DNA of 64,000 nucleotides from Anaeromyxobacteraceae bacterium (GCA_032654565.1 JAULAX010000009.1:32001-96000); one strand, 5' to 3'; shown: positions 1-8,559, counted from the first letter of the stretch. Translations and numbers: made by a program. The notes: generated by a model not told the origin, from the letters alone.

Positions 1-1222
1 ATCCTGCCGGTGGGCCACGCCGGCGTCCCCCCCGAGGCGCCGCCGCTGGCGCCCGGCCCCGCCGCCCTGGCGCCGCTCCCGGAGCGGGCCGACGTGGTGA
101 TCATCGGCGGCGGCATCCTCGGGCTCTCGCTGGCCTACGAGCTGGCCAAGCGCGGGACCCGCGACGTGCTGGTGCTGGACCAGGCCTACCTGAACGCCGG
201 GGCCTCGGGGCGCAACGGCGGCGGGGTGCGGGCCCAGTGGTCCACCTCCGACCTGGTGACGCTGGCGCTCCGCTCGCTGGCGATCTGCCGTCGCTTCGCC
301 GTCGACCTCGGCATCAACGTCTGGTTCCGGCCGGGCGGCTACCTGTTCCTGGCCCCCGACGGCGCGCAGGTGGCCCGGCTGGAGCGGAACGCCGCGCTCC
401 ACGCCCGCCACGGCATGCGCACCCGGCTGCTCACCCCGGACCAGGCGCTGGAGGTGGTGCCGCACCTCGACCCGTCGCGCTTCGTGGCCGCCTCCTGGAA
501 CCCCGGACGACGGCGTGGTCTTCCCCTGGCCGTTCCTGTGGGGCTACGCCACCCGGGCCGAGGCCATGGGGGTGAAGGTGCGCACCTTCGCCGCCGTCAA
601 CGGGCTGCGCCGCGCCGGCGGCCGCATCACCCACGTGGAGACCAGCCGTGGGGTGGTGGCCTGCGACCTGGTGGTCAACGCCGCCGGGGCCTGGTCGAAG
701 CAGGTGGCGGCGCTGGCCGGCGTGGCCACGCCCAACCGGCCCACCCGCCACGAGATCCTGGTGGGCGAGCCGCTCGAGCCGTTCCTCGACCCGCTGGTGT
801 CGCTGCTCGGCACCGGCCTCTACTTCTCGCAGTCGCAGCGCGGCGAGCTGGTGGGCGGCATGGGCGACCCCGGCGAGCCGGAGGGGCTGGCCATGGGCTC
901 GACGCTCCGCTTCCTGGCCCGCTTCGCCCGGGCCTCGACCCGCATCATGCCGAGGCTCGGCGGCGTCAAGGTGGTGCGCCAGTGGGCCGGCTGCTACGAC
1001 GTCACGCCGGACAACAACCCCATCCTCGGGCCGGCCGGCTTCGCCAACTTCCACCAGCTCCACGGCTTCGTCGGCCACGGCTTCATGATGGCCCCCGCCA
1101 TGGCCGAGCTCTACGCCGACTGGCTCACCGGCCGCGGCAAGCACGAGCTCTTCGACCGCTTCTCGCTGGCGCGGTTCGCCGGGCCGGAGCGCGCCGTGCG
1201 CGAGGACTTCATCATCGGGTAG
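1..1222 (+). CDS. FAD-dependent oxidoreductase (sarcosine oxidase beta / dye-linked proline dehydrogenase family); 5'-truncated by the window; +1 frameshift at 501-504
   Basis: Frame 1 has VVIIGGGILG (FAD binding) and GASGRNGGGVRAQW. Similarity continues in the next frame (DGVVFPW...WAGCYDVTPDNNPILG...GFVGHGFMMAP). Removing one C from CCCC at 501-504 joins them. Confidence 0.85.
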
Positions 1223-1231
1223 AGTGCCTCC

Positions 1232-2062
1232 ATGTCCCTCGGAAAGACCATCGCCTTCCTCGGCGCCGGCAACATGGCGGAGGCCCTGATGAAGGGGCTG
1301 CTCCGCGCCCACGTCGCCGCCCCCAACGAGATCATCTGCACCGACAAGCGCGGCGAGCGCGGCCCGGAGCTGACCCACAAGTACGGCGTCCGCTTCCTCA
1401 AGGACAACCTGGCCGCGGTGCGCGAGGCGTCCATCGTGGTGCTCTCGGTCAAGCCCCAGGCCATGAACAAGCTGCTCGAGGAGATCAAGCCGGCCCTCGA
1501 CGAGACCAAGCTGGTCATCTCCATCGCCGCCGGCGTGCCCATCGAGGCCATCGAGCGCAAGGTCGGCCACGGGGTGCGCATCATCCGCACCATGCCCAAC
1601 ACCCCGGCGCTGGTCGGTGCCGGGGCCACGGCGCTGGCCCCCGGCGAGCACGCCACCGAGGCCGACCTGACCCAGGCCCGCGCCCTCTTCGAGGCGGTGG
1701 GCATGGCGGTGGTGGTGGAGGAGCCGCTCCTCGACGCCGTCACCGGCCTCTCCGGCTCCGGGCCGGCCTACATCTTCCTGATCATCGAGGCGCTCGCCGA
1801 CGGCGGCGTCAAGGCCGGGCTGGCCCGCGACCAGGCCCAGGAGCTGGCGGCCCAGACCGTGCTCGGCTCGGCCAAGCTGCTCATCGAGACCGGCGAGCAC
1901 CCCGGCCGCCTCAAGGACCAGGTGACCAGCCCGGGCGGCACCGCCATCGCCGGCCTCCACACCCTCGAGGCCGGCGGCCTGCGCACCACGCTGATGGACG
2001 CGGTGGAGTCGGCCACCAACCGCTCCCGCGAGCTGGGCAAGAAATTCCTCGAGCAGGAGTGA
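1232..2062 (+). CDS. proC: pyrroline-5-carboxylate reductase
   Basis: IAFLGAGNMA, RTMPNTP, TGLSGSGPAY and VTSPGGTAI motifs. Confidence 0.97.
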   Translation: MSLGKTIAFLGAGNMAEALMKGLLRAHVAAPNEIICTDKRGERGPELTHKYGVRFLKDNLAAVREASIVVLSVKPQAMNKLLEEIKPALDETKLVISIAAGVPIEAIERKVGHGVRIIRTMPNTPALVGAGATALAPGEHATEADLTQARALFEAVGMAVVVEEPLLDAVTGLSGSGPAYIFLIIEALADGGVKAGLARDQAQELAAQTVLGSAKLLIETGEHPGRLKDQVTSPGGTAIAGLHTLEAGGLRTTLMDAVESATNRSRELGKKFLEQE

Positions 2063-2064
2063 CC

Positions 2065-2769
2065 ATGCGCCTCCACCGCCTCGCCTCGCTGGCCGCCCTG
2101 GCCGTGGCCCTCTCCTCCGCCGGCTGCGCCCCGCTCGCGGTGGTGCCGGACGCCGAGCGGGCCCGGACCCACGCCGCGCTCGACGGCCAGTCCCGCTGGC
2201 TGCGGGTGGCGGTCTCGGCCTCGCCGCTCTTCGGCGATCGCGGCAAGCTGCTGCTGCTCGACGCCCCGGCCGCCGAGGTGGACCTGCTACGGGCCACCGA
2301 CGACTCCATCATCCCGCCGCCGGCCGCCGAGCGGGTCCTCCCGCCGGGGACGCCGGTCCGCGTCGAGCGGGTGGAGTTCCCCACCGGGCTGGTGATCGCC
2401 GGGCGCGCCGTGATGTCGCCCCGCTACCACCCCTGGGTCTACCTGAAGCTGGCCGGCGAGGAGCGCCCCGCCGTGGTGGTGCTCTCCCACGCCAACGTCA
2501 CCGCCGACGCCCTCCTCGACGAGCTGGGCCGGGTGCTGACGGTCGACGATCCCTCGCGGACCCTGGCGGCGCTGCCCCAGGACCAGCGCGACGCCATCGG
2601 CCGCCGTGAGCTGCTCGACGGGATGAGCACCCGGGCCGTGGAGATGGCCTGGGGCGTCCCGGAGAAGATCAGGATCGACCGGCCGGCGGCGACCGAGGAG
2701 TGGTCCTGGCCGGCCGGGAAGCGTCGCGCCTGGTTCCAGGACGAGAAGCTGCAGCGCTGGTCGCGCTGA
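2065..2769 (+). CDS. lipoprotein with C-terminal SmpA/OmlA(BamE)-like domain
   Basis: Signal peptide ending LSSAGC; C-terminal GMSTRAVEMAWGVP...EEWSW...AWFQDEKL pattern. Confidence 0.75.
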   Translation: MRLHRLASLAALAVALSSAGCAPLAVVPDAERARTHAALDGQSRWLRVAVSASPLFGDRGKLLLLDAPAAEVDLLRATDDSIIPPPAAERVLPPGTPVRVERVEFPTGLVIAGRAVMSPRYHPWVYLKLAGEERPAVVVLSHANVTADALLDELGRVLTVDDPSRTLAALPQDQRDAIGRRELLDGMSTRAVEMAWGVPEKIRIDRPAATEEWSWPAGKRRAWFQDEKLQRWSR

Positions 2770-3400
2770 GCGCCACGCCCAGGGCCGCGGCCCAGCAGGC
2801 GCCGGCCCGGAGCTGCGCCACCAGCCCGGCCTCGTCGGCCACCGGCTCGCGGAAGAGCGTCGCCGCCGTCCCCAGCTCGGCCAGGGAGGCGAGCGCGCCG
2901 GAGCCGCCCACGCAGGGGAGCGCCAGGTGGTCGGCCGCCTCCACCGCCAGGTCGTTGGTCCGGCCCGGGCTGCGCCCGTGCAGCCCCTCGACGGCGGAGA
3001 GCCCGTCGAGCGTGAAGAGGGCGTCGGCCGAGGCGGGCGCCAGGGCCCGGTTGTAGGGGTGGGCAGCCACCACGACGCCGCCCAGCGCGGCCACCCGGGC
3101 CAGCGCGGCGCGGACCGGGGGCGGGGCGCCGCCGGGGAGCCGGGCCAGCGGCGCCAGCCGCTCCGGGGCGTCGAGGAAGCAGAGGAAGCGGCCGCCGTCG
3201 GTCACCAGGGTGAGGCCGACCAGCGCCAGCACGCCGGTCTCGGCCGCGGCGTCGCGCACCTCCGGCAGCGCCTCCAGGGAGTCGAGGTCGGTGAAGGCGA
3301 CGCCGTCGAGGCCGAGGGCCCGGGCCCGGGCCAACACGTCGAGCGGCCGGAGCGCGCCACCCGGCGACCGGTGGGTGTGGACGTGCAGGTCGATGAGCAT
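2669..3400 (-). CDS. PHP-domain metal-dependent phosphoesterase
   Basis: MLIDLHVHTHRS, GLDGVAFTD, VVAAHPY; overlaps the convergent gene by about 100 bp. Confidence 0.85.
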   Translation of the reverse strand: MLIDLHVHTHRSPGGALRPLDVLARARALGLDGVAFTDLDSLEALPEVRDAAAETGVLALVGLTLVTDGGRFLCFLDAPERLAPLARLPGGAPPPVRAALARVAALGGVVVAAHPYNRALAPASADALFTLDGLSAVEGLHGRSPGRTNDLAVEAADHLALPCVGGSGALASLAELGTAATLFREPVADEAGLVAQLRAGACWAAALGVALSATSAAASRPGTRRDASRPARTTPRSPPAGRS

Positions 3401-3412
3401 GGGGAGGGTATT

Positions 3413-3441
3413 TTGACACACCCTCACCCGATGGGGATACT
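3413..3441 (+). promoter_or_regulatory. sigma70-type promoter TTGACA-17bp-GATACT, probably leaderless
   Basis: TTGACA 3413-3418, GATACT 3436-3441, GTG start 6 nt later at 3448. Confidence 0.75.
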
Positions 3442-3447
3442 CGCGCC

Positions 3448-3636
3448 GTGACCTTCACCGGCGTCAAGGTCTTCTCCGCCACCAAGGCCAAGGACCGCGA
3501 GGAGCTGGGCGAGACCATCACCCGGTGGCTCCGCGCCAACGCGGACCTCGAGGTGGTCGACAAGGTGGTATCCCAGTCTTCCGACGACGAGTTCCACTGC
3601 CTCTCCATCGTCTTCTTCTACCGGCAGAGGGCCTGA
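3448..3636 (+). CDS. small alpha/beta protein (62 aa), reminiscent of Cse60-type proteins
   Basis: Typical codon bias, near-consensus promoter, beta-alpha-beta-beta pattern VKVFS...ITRWL...VVDKVV...CLSIVFFY. Confidence 0.8.
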   Translation: MTFTGVKVFSATKAKDREELGETITRWLRANADLEVVDKVVSQSSDDEFHCLSIVFFYRQRA

Positions 3637-3677
3637 GCTCGAGCGCACCGCGCCCGGGTGACCGCCCGGAGTGACCC

Positions 3678-5063
3678 ATGCGGCTCAAGCAGCGCCCCGA
3701 GGACTTCGTCGTCACCGAGTCGTGGCGGTTCGACGACGATCCGCAGGGCCCCTGGCGCGTCTACCTGATGGACAAGCAGAAGCTCACCACCTTCGAGGCG
3801 GTGGAGCGGATCTGCTCGCGCTTCAAGGTGCCGCGCGCCGACGTCAGCTACTGCGGGCTCAAGGACAAGCAGGGGCGCACCACCCAGCTGGTGGCCGTGA
3901 AGGGGCGCGAGCTCGAGCTGCAGGACGCCGACCTGCGCCTCAAGCTGATGGGGCGCTCCCGCCACCCGCTCTCCGCCAAGAACACCACCTCCAACCGCTT
4001 CGCCGTCACCGTCCGCGACCTCTCCGGCGACGACGTGGCCAAGCTGCCGGCCGCGGTGGCCGAGGTGCAGCGGCTCGGCGTCATCAACTACTTCGACTCG
4101 CAGCGCTTCGGCCCCCTCAAGCACGGGCAGGGCTTCATCGTGAAGGAGCTGATGCGCGGCGACTTCGAGGCGGCGCTGAAGAACGTCATCGCCCACCCCA
4201 GCGAGCTCGACGCCAGCGGCGACGCCCGGGTGAAGCAGTTCTGGAAGGAGAACTGGGGCCACTGGGAGCTGCACAACCCGCACGCCGGCGCCGAGCGCTA
4301 CGAGGCGGTCATCAAGTGGCTGAAGAAGAGCCCCAGCGACTTCCGCGGCGCCATGCTGCGCACCGAGCCGCGCTGGCGGGCCCTGCAGGTCTTCACCTAC
4401 CAGTCCTGGCTCTGGAACGAGGGGGTGCGCCAGTTCCTCCGCGACGTGGTCGGCATCCAGCGGCTGGTCTCGATCCGCTACCAGGCCGGCTCGCTGGTCT
4501 TCCCGCGCGAGCTCGATGGCGAGGCGGCGCGGCGGCTCGACAAGATGACCTTCCCGCTGCTCGGCCCCGACTCGACCTTCACCGACGCCCAGGTGGAGAA
4601 GGCGGCCATGGCGCCGCTGCTGCGCGAGGAGATGTCGCTGGCCTCGCTGGCGGTGCCGAAGACGCCGGAGATCCACTTCGACCACGAGGAGCGGCCGCTG
4701 CTCTCACACCCCGGCCGGCTCACCGTGGGTGACACCCGGCCCGACGACCTCAACGACGGCCGCTTCAAGGTCAACGTCGCCTTCACCCTGCCGCCGGGGG
4801 CCTACGCCACGCTGGTGGTGAAGCGGCTCTTCTGGTGGACGCTGGAGCCGGGGGCGAGGAAGAAGGAGGAGGCCGCCGAGAAGGCCCTGGCCGCCATCCC
4901 GCGCCCGAAGAAGACGGCGCAGCAGATGCACACCGAGCGCAAGGAGACCGGCTTCCTGGCCCGCAAGAAGGCCGCCAAGGCGGCCAAGGCGGCGGCGCGG
5001 GAGACGGCCGCGGCGGCGGTGCGGGCCAAGGCGAAGGCCAATCCGAGGCCGAAGAAGCGCTGA
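3678..5063 (+). CDS. truD: tRNA pseudouridine(13) synthase with Lys/Ala-rich C-terminal tail
   Basis: LKQRPEDFVVTE, catalytic GLKDKQGRTTQ, INYFDSQRFG, FTLPPGAYAT. Confidence 0.93.
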   Translation: MRLKQRPEDFVVTESWRFDDDPQGPWRVYLMDKQKLTTFEAVERICSRFKVPRADVSYCGLKDKQGRTTQLVAVKGRELELQDADLRLKLMGRSRHPLSAKNTTSNRFAVTVRDLSGDDVAKLPAAVAEVQRLGVINYFDSQRFGPLKHGQGFIVKELMRGDFEAALKNVIAHPSELDASGDARVKQFWKENWGHWELHNPHAGAERYEAVIKWLKKSPSDFRGAMLRTEPRWRALQVFTYQSWLWNEGVRQFLRDVVGIQRLVSIRYQAGSLVFPRELDGEAARRLDKMTFPLLGPDSTFTDAQVEKAAMAPLLREEMSLASLAVPKTPEIHFDHEERPLLSHPGRLTVGDTRPDDLNDGRFKVNVAFTLPPGAYATLVVKRLFWWTLEPGARKKEEAAEKALAAIPRPKKTAQQMHTERKETGFLARKKAAKAAKAAARETAAAAVRAKAKANPRPKKR

Positions 5064-5380
5064 TCCGCGCTGGGTCGCCGAAGGCGGACGGGAGCGAAGC
5101 CCGCGAAGGCCGGCGCCGTTCGCCGCAGCAGGCCCGGGGCGGGCGAAGGCGGGCGGTGGCGGACCGGTGGCAGCCGGTGGCGGCCGGGAACCGGGCCAAG
5201 GGCCAGAGGGGCTGAGCGCCGAGACTGTGGACTCTCTCGTTCGCTGCTCAGCATGGCGCTGCTGCGCTTCCGCTGCTCCCTCCTCGGGCGCCGGCCTCGC
5301 AAGGGCGTCGGCTCTCTCGTCACGTCATCGCGCCCGATTCGGGGCACGAGCGACGAAATCGAGCCGAGCAGGTGGCGCCA

Positions 5381-6721
5381 TCAAGCCCTGCGATCAGTTC
5401 GATAGCGCTCCACGCACCGCGCCCCGAACTCGCGGCGCGCCGCCAGGGTGTTATGCGCGTGGCAGACGACGCGGAGGTCGTCGACCGTCTCGCCGCCCCA
5501 GCGCGCCCAGGGGTGGATGTGGTCGAGCTCCAGCCGGTGCGTCGAGCCGCACACGCCGCCGCCGTCGAGCGGCCAGCTGCATCGGCCCTGGTCGCGCTCC
5601 CAGACGGCGCGGCGGACCGCGGCCGGGATGGCCTCCCGCGGGCCGGTCCTGCGGTGATTCGGCGCCGCCGCGTCCGGAGCTGGCGCGATCAATGTCAGTG
5701 GCGGGCCTGCGACCGGCGGCTTGGTGGTCACGCTCGGCGCCGTCGTCGCGGCGCCGCTCCGGGGCTTCTTCACCAGCCCCCGCGCCCTGGCCTGCTTCTC
5801 CAGCAGCAGGTCGAGCGCCGCCTCCAGCGCCTGCTCCATCGTGGCGTGAGGGATGGAGTGGCCGAGCCCCTTGCGCGCGGCCTCGAGCTTCCTCATGAAG
5901 GTGCGGCTGACGTTGACGTGGATCCGGCTTCGGTCGGCGGAGAGAGGCTCGACCTCGTCGCGCCTTGCGACCGCCGCGACCACTCCCCCGAAATCCACTT
6001 TGGGCGCCCAAAGTTGCGAAGGAGGGGCTCCGGTCGGGGTGGGCGAGGACTCGGACGTGCCCGCGTCCCAGCCACCAAGCGCGCCAGCGGTCGAAACCAG
6101 CGCCACCCCAGCCGTTCGCGTCGGCGAGGCCTCGAATGTGGCCGCACCCGCGCCACCAGCGCCACCAGCGCCACCAGCGGCGGCAGCGGCGGCAGCGGCG
6201 GCAGCGGTCGAGACGAACGCCACCCCAGGCACTCGCGTCACCACCGTACGCGTGGCCGGAGCCTCGCGAGGCTGCAGCTCGGCGACGATCTCCTTGGCCT
6301 CGCGCGTGGAGATGCCGAGGAATCGAGGCAGCACCGCTTCCTTGTTCTCCGCCGACAACACCTTGGCCAGCTCGGCCATCGTGGTGAGGCAGAGTTCGCC
6401 TCGCCGGAGGGGAGCGATGAGGTCGGGGAAGCGCTGGAGCAGGCGCGCCGCTTCCTGCCGCCAGAAGGTCGGGGCCGGCGAGAGTCCCAGCTCGGAGTGG
6501 ATGAAGGCGAAGAGGTTGGCATGCCCGAGCGCCTCCCATCCGCGGCGACGGTCGAAGTCGGCCAGCGCGACGAGGAAGTCGGCCATGGCGGCCTGCTCCT
6601 TCCGCAAGAGGGCCTTGAGCGCATCGCGCTGTTGCCGTGCTTCCAGGAGTTCGAGGGAGAGGGAGGCCGCTCCGTGAGTCGAAGCCGCGGCCGAGGACAT
6701 GGTCGGTTGCGCGTTGATCAT
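5381..6721 (-). CDS. HNH endonuclease with DUF222-like N-terminal domain and low-complexity linker
   Basis: C-terminal AVRRAVWERDQGRC...C...LELDHIHPW..GG....DLRVVCHAHN; N-terminal helical domain LADFDRRRGW...LFAF..ELGLS; more A/T-ending codons than neighbours. Confidence 0.88.
   Translation of the reverse strand: MINAQPTMSSAAASTHGAASLSLELLEARQQRDALKALLRKEQAAMADFLVALADFDRRRGWEALGHANLFAFIHSELGLSPAPTFWRQEAARLLQRFPDLIAPLRRGELCLTTMAELAKVLSAENKEAVLPRFLGISTREAKEIVAELQPREAPATRTVVTRVPGVAFVSTAAAAAAAAAAGGAGGAGGAGAATFEASPTRTAGVALVSTAGALGGWDAGTSESSPTPTGAPPSQLWAPKVDFGGVVAAVARRDEVEPLSADRSRIHVNVSRTFMRKLEAARKGLGHSIPHATMEQALEAALDLLLEKQARARGLVKKPRSGAATTAPSVTTKPPVAGPPLTLIAPAPDAAAPNHRRTGPREAIPAAVRRAVWERDQGRCSWPLDGGGVCGSTHRLELDHIHPWARWGGETVDDLRVVCHAHNTLAARREFGARCVERYRTDRRA
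6087..6239. repeat. intragenic 9-bp tandem repeats (gcgccacca, gcggcggca) flanked by an imperfect ~36-bp direct repeat
   Basis: Encodes GVAFVSTAAAAAAAAAAGGAGGAGGAGA...GVALVSTAG in the HNH linker. Confidence 0.75.
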
Positions 6722-6727
6722 TCACGC

Positions 6728-6749
6728 AGCGTCTCATGTGGGTCTGACA
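6728..6749 (-). promoter_or_regulatory. TGTCAG-N10-GACGCT promoter motif (RecA-NDp/PafBC-like) ahead of a leaderless ATG
   Basis: Minus strand reads TGTCAG ACCCACATGA GACGCT GCGTGA ATG (ATG at 6721). Confidence 0.5.
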
Positions 6750-7153
6750 TTTCGGGGGTCGCGGAGAGGCGTGGAACCCAACAGGGACGGCCATTTCCGC
6801 GAGCTCGCACGCCGGCGATCACGCCGGGCGAGAACAGTGTCCGCCACCACCGGCTCCGCCACCCGCAACGCCTCCGCAACGCCTCCGGCACCGGCACCAC
6901 CTGAACCGCCACCGCCACAGCGCTCACGCCAGATGTCCGCCGCGCACGCGGCACCGCCCGACCGCGCAGCCCCTCGCAACGCCTCTCGGCCGCCGAGCGG
7001 AGCCTCGATCTCCATTGCCAGCCGCGCCGCCAGCGCCTCGGCCAGGTCCGGCGCGGTGTTGTAGGTTGAAGTAGGGGCCGAGTTGCCGGGGCGCCCAGCG
7101 TCCCCCCGCCGCCGGGCACGCCCCCGCACCCGACGGCCGCCTTCGGTTCCTGC

Positions 7154-7651
7154 TCAGGCCGGCGCCGACGGCTGCTTCCCCGCCATCGACCGCGCGAACT
7201 CCTCGCCGGCTCGCCGCATCTCGGCGTCGGTCAGGTCCTTCTGGTGCGTGGAGAACGACCAGCTGTAGCCGTACGGGTCGGAGACCCCGCTGCAGCGATC
7301 GCCCCAGAACATGTCGGCCGGCTCCATGGTCGACCTGGCCCCGGCGCCGATGGCCCGCCGGTAGGCGGCGTCGCAGTCCTCGACGTGGATCCAGAGCGTC
7401 ACCGGTGACGGGTTCGACTCGGTCGGCGCCGGACGGCTCATCCCGGGCATCTCGTCGCCCAGGTAGATGACCGAGTCCCCGATGCGCAGCTCGGCGTGCC
7501 AGAGGCTCTTCCCGTCGGGCGCCATCATCCGGGTGACCTCCTGCGCGCCCAGGGCCTTCTTGTAGAACTCGATCGCCTTCACGGCGTCGCGGAGCACCAG
7601 CCCCGGGGTCAAGGTGGGCCTGCCCTTCGGAATCGGATTCACGCGTGCCAT
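7154..7651 (-). CDS. VOC/glyoxalase family protein (PhnB-like)
   Basis: MARVNPIPKG..TLTPGL, AIEFYKKALGA, HAELRIGDS, DMFWGDR..GVSDPYGYSW; GGAGG RBS. Confidence 0.92.
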   Translation of the reverse strand: MARVNPIPKGRPTLTPGLVLRDAVKAIEFYKKALGAQEVTRMMAPDGKSLWHAELRIGDSVIYLGDEMPGMSRPAPTESNPSPVTLWIHVEDCDAAYRRAIGAGARSTMEPADMFWGDRCSGVSDPYGYSWSFSTHQKDLTDAEMRRAGEEFARSMAGKQPSAPA

Positions 7652-7779
7652 GTGGACCTCCCGCTCCAGCCTCTGGAGAGGAGGTCCTAGGCGGGGAGGC
7701 CAGACCGGGTCGAGCCCTGGATGGGTCGAAAGCGGGCGCTTCCGTGCCGCCCTACCCGCCCGGCTTCTCCGCCGCCGCC

Positions 7780-8550
7780 TTACCCGCCCAGCGCCTCGGC
7801 CACCGCTTCCGCCAGCGCCGGCGCGGTGTGGCGCTCCGGCACCGCACCCGCCGTGAACCCCGCCGCGCGCAGCGCCTCGGCGGTGGTCGGCCCGATGGCG
7901 CCGAGCAGCACGCCGGCCAGCCGCGTCGCGTCGGCCCCCAGCCCGGCCACCGTCCCCTGCACCGCCGAGGGCGAGGCGAAGGTGACCGCGGCCACCCTCC
8001 CCGCCGCCAGCAGCGCCCCCAGCGCCGCCAGCGATCCGGGGGAGGCCAGCACCGTCCGGTAGGCGACCGGGGCCACCACCTCGGCCCCGGCGGCGCGCAG
8101 GCCGTCGCCGAGCTCGGAGCGACCGTCGGCGGCGCGCGGCACCAGCACCGCCTGGCCGCGGACATGGGGCGCCAGCGAGGCGGCCAGCGCCGCGCCGGTG
8201 GCCTCGGCCGGCATCAGGTCCGGGGCCCGCACCAGCGCCTCCAGCCGCGCCCCGGTGGCCGGCCCCACGCAGGCCAGCCGCCGGTCGGCCAGCCGGCCTC
8301 GCCCGAGGCCGAGCGCGTCGAGCCGGGCCACCGCCTGCTCCACGGCGTTGGCGCTGGCGAAGGCCACCCAGCCGAACCGCTCCAGCCCCCGCAGCGCCTC
8401 GTCGAGCGGGCCGAAGTCCTCGGCGTCGCAGAGGGCGATGGCGGGGAACTCCAGCACCTCCGCCCCCAGCTCCCGCAGCCTCGCCGAGAGCGCGTCGTCG
8501 CCGCCCGCGCCGCGGGTGACCACCACGGTGCGGCCGGCCAGCGGCTTCAC
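7780..8550 (-). CDS. hemD: uroporphyrinogen-III synthase
   Basis: PLAGRTVVVTR, FASANAV, AYRTV, FASPSAV, AIGPTTA; follows hemC. Confidence 0.93.
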   Translation of the reverse strand: MKPLAGRTVVVTRGAGGDDALSARLRELGAEVLEFPAIALCDAEDFGPLDEALRGLERFGWVAFASANAVEQAVARLDALGLGRGRLADRRLACVGPATGARLEALVRAPDLMPAEATGAALAASLAPHVRGQAVLVPRAADGRSELGDGLRAAGAEVVAPVAYRTVLASPGSLAALGALLAAGRVAAVTFASPSAVQGTVAGLGADATRLAGVLLGAIGPTTAEALRAAGFTAGAVPERHTAPALAEAVAEALGG

Positions 8551-8559
8551 GGCGACACG

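Noticed and set aside
10..2769. 919-aa ORF
   Set aside because: A chimera: oxidoreductase N-terminus, an off-frame Arg/Gly-rich read across proC, and the lipoprotein joined by the frameshift and stop-poor GC DNA.
2669..2769. 100-bp convergent overlap of the PHP and lipoprotein genes as antisense regulation
   Set aside because: Most simply a run-on tail in stop-poor DNA.
5145..5190. Short repeats cggtggc(gg/ag)c as a possible CRISPR array
   Set aside because: About 10-bp units, no spacers, no cas genes.
6734..7129. 131-aa ORF upstream of the HNH gene
   Set aside because: Low complexity, weak codon bias, and it overlaps the putative promoter.
7707..7729. Direct repeat gggtcga upstream of the VOC gene
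   Set aside because: Two 7-mers are expected by chance at this GC content.
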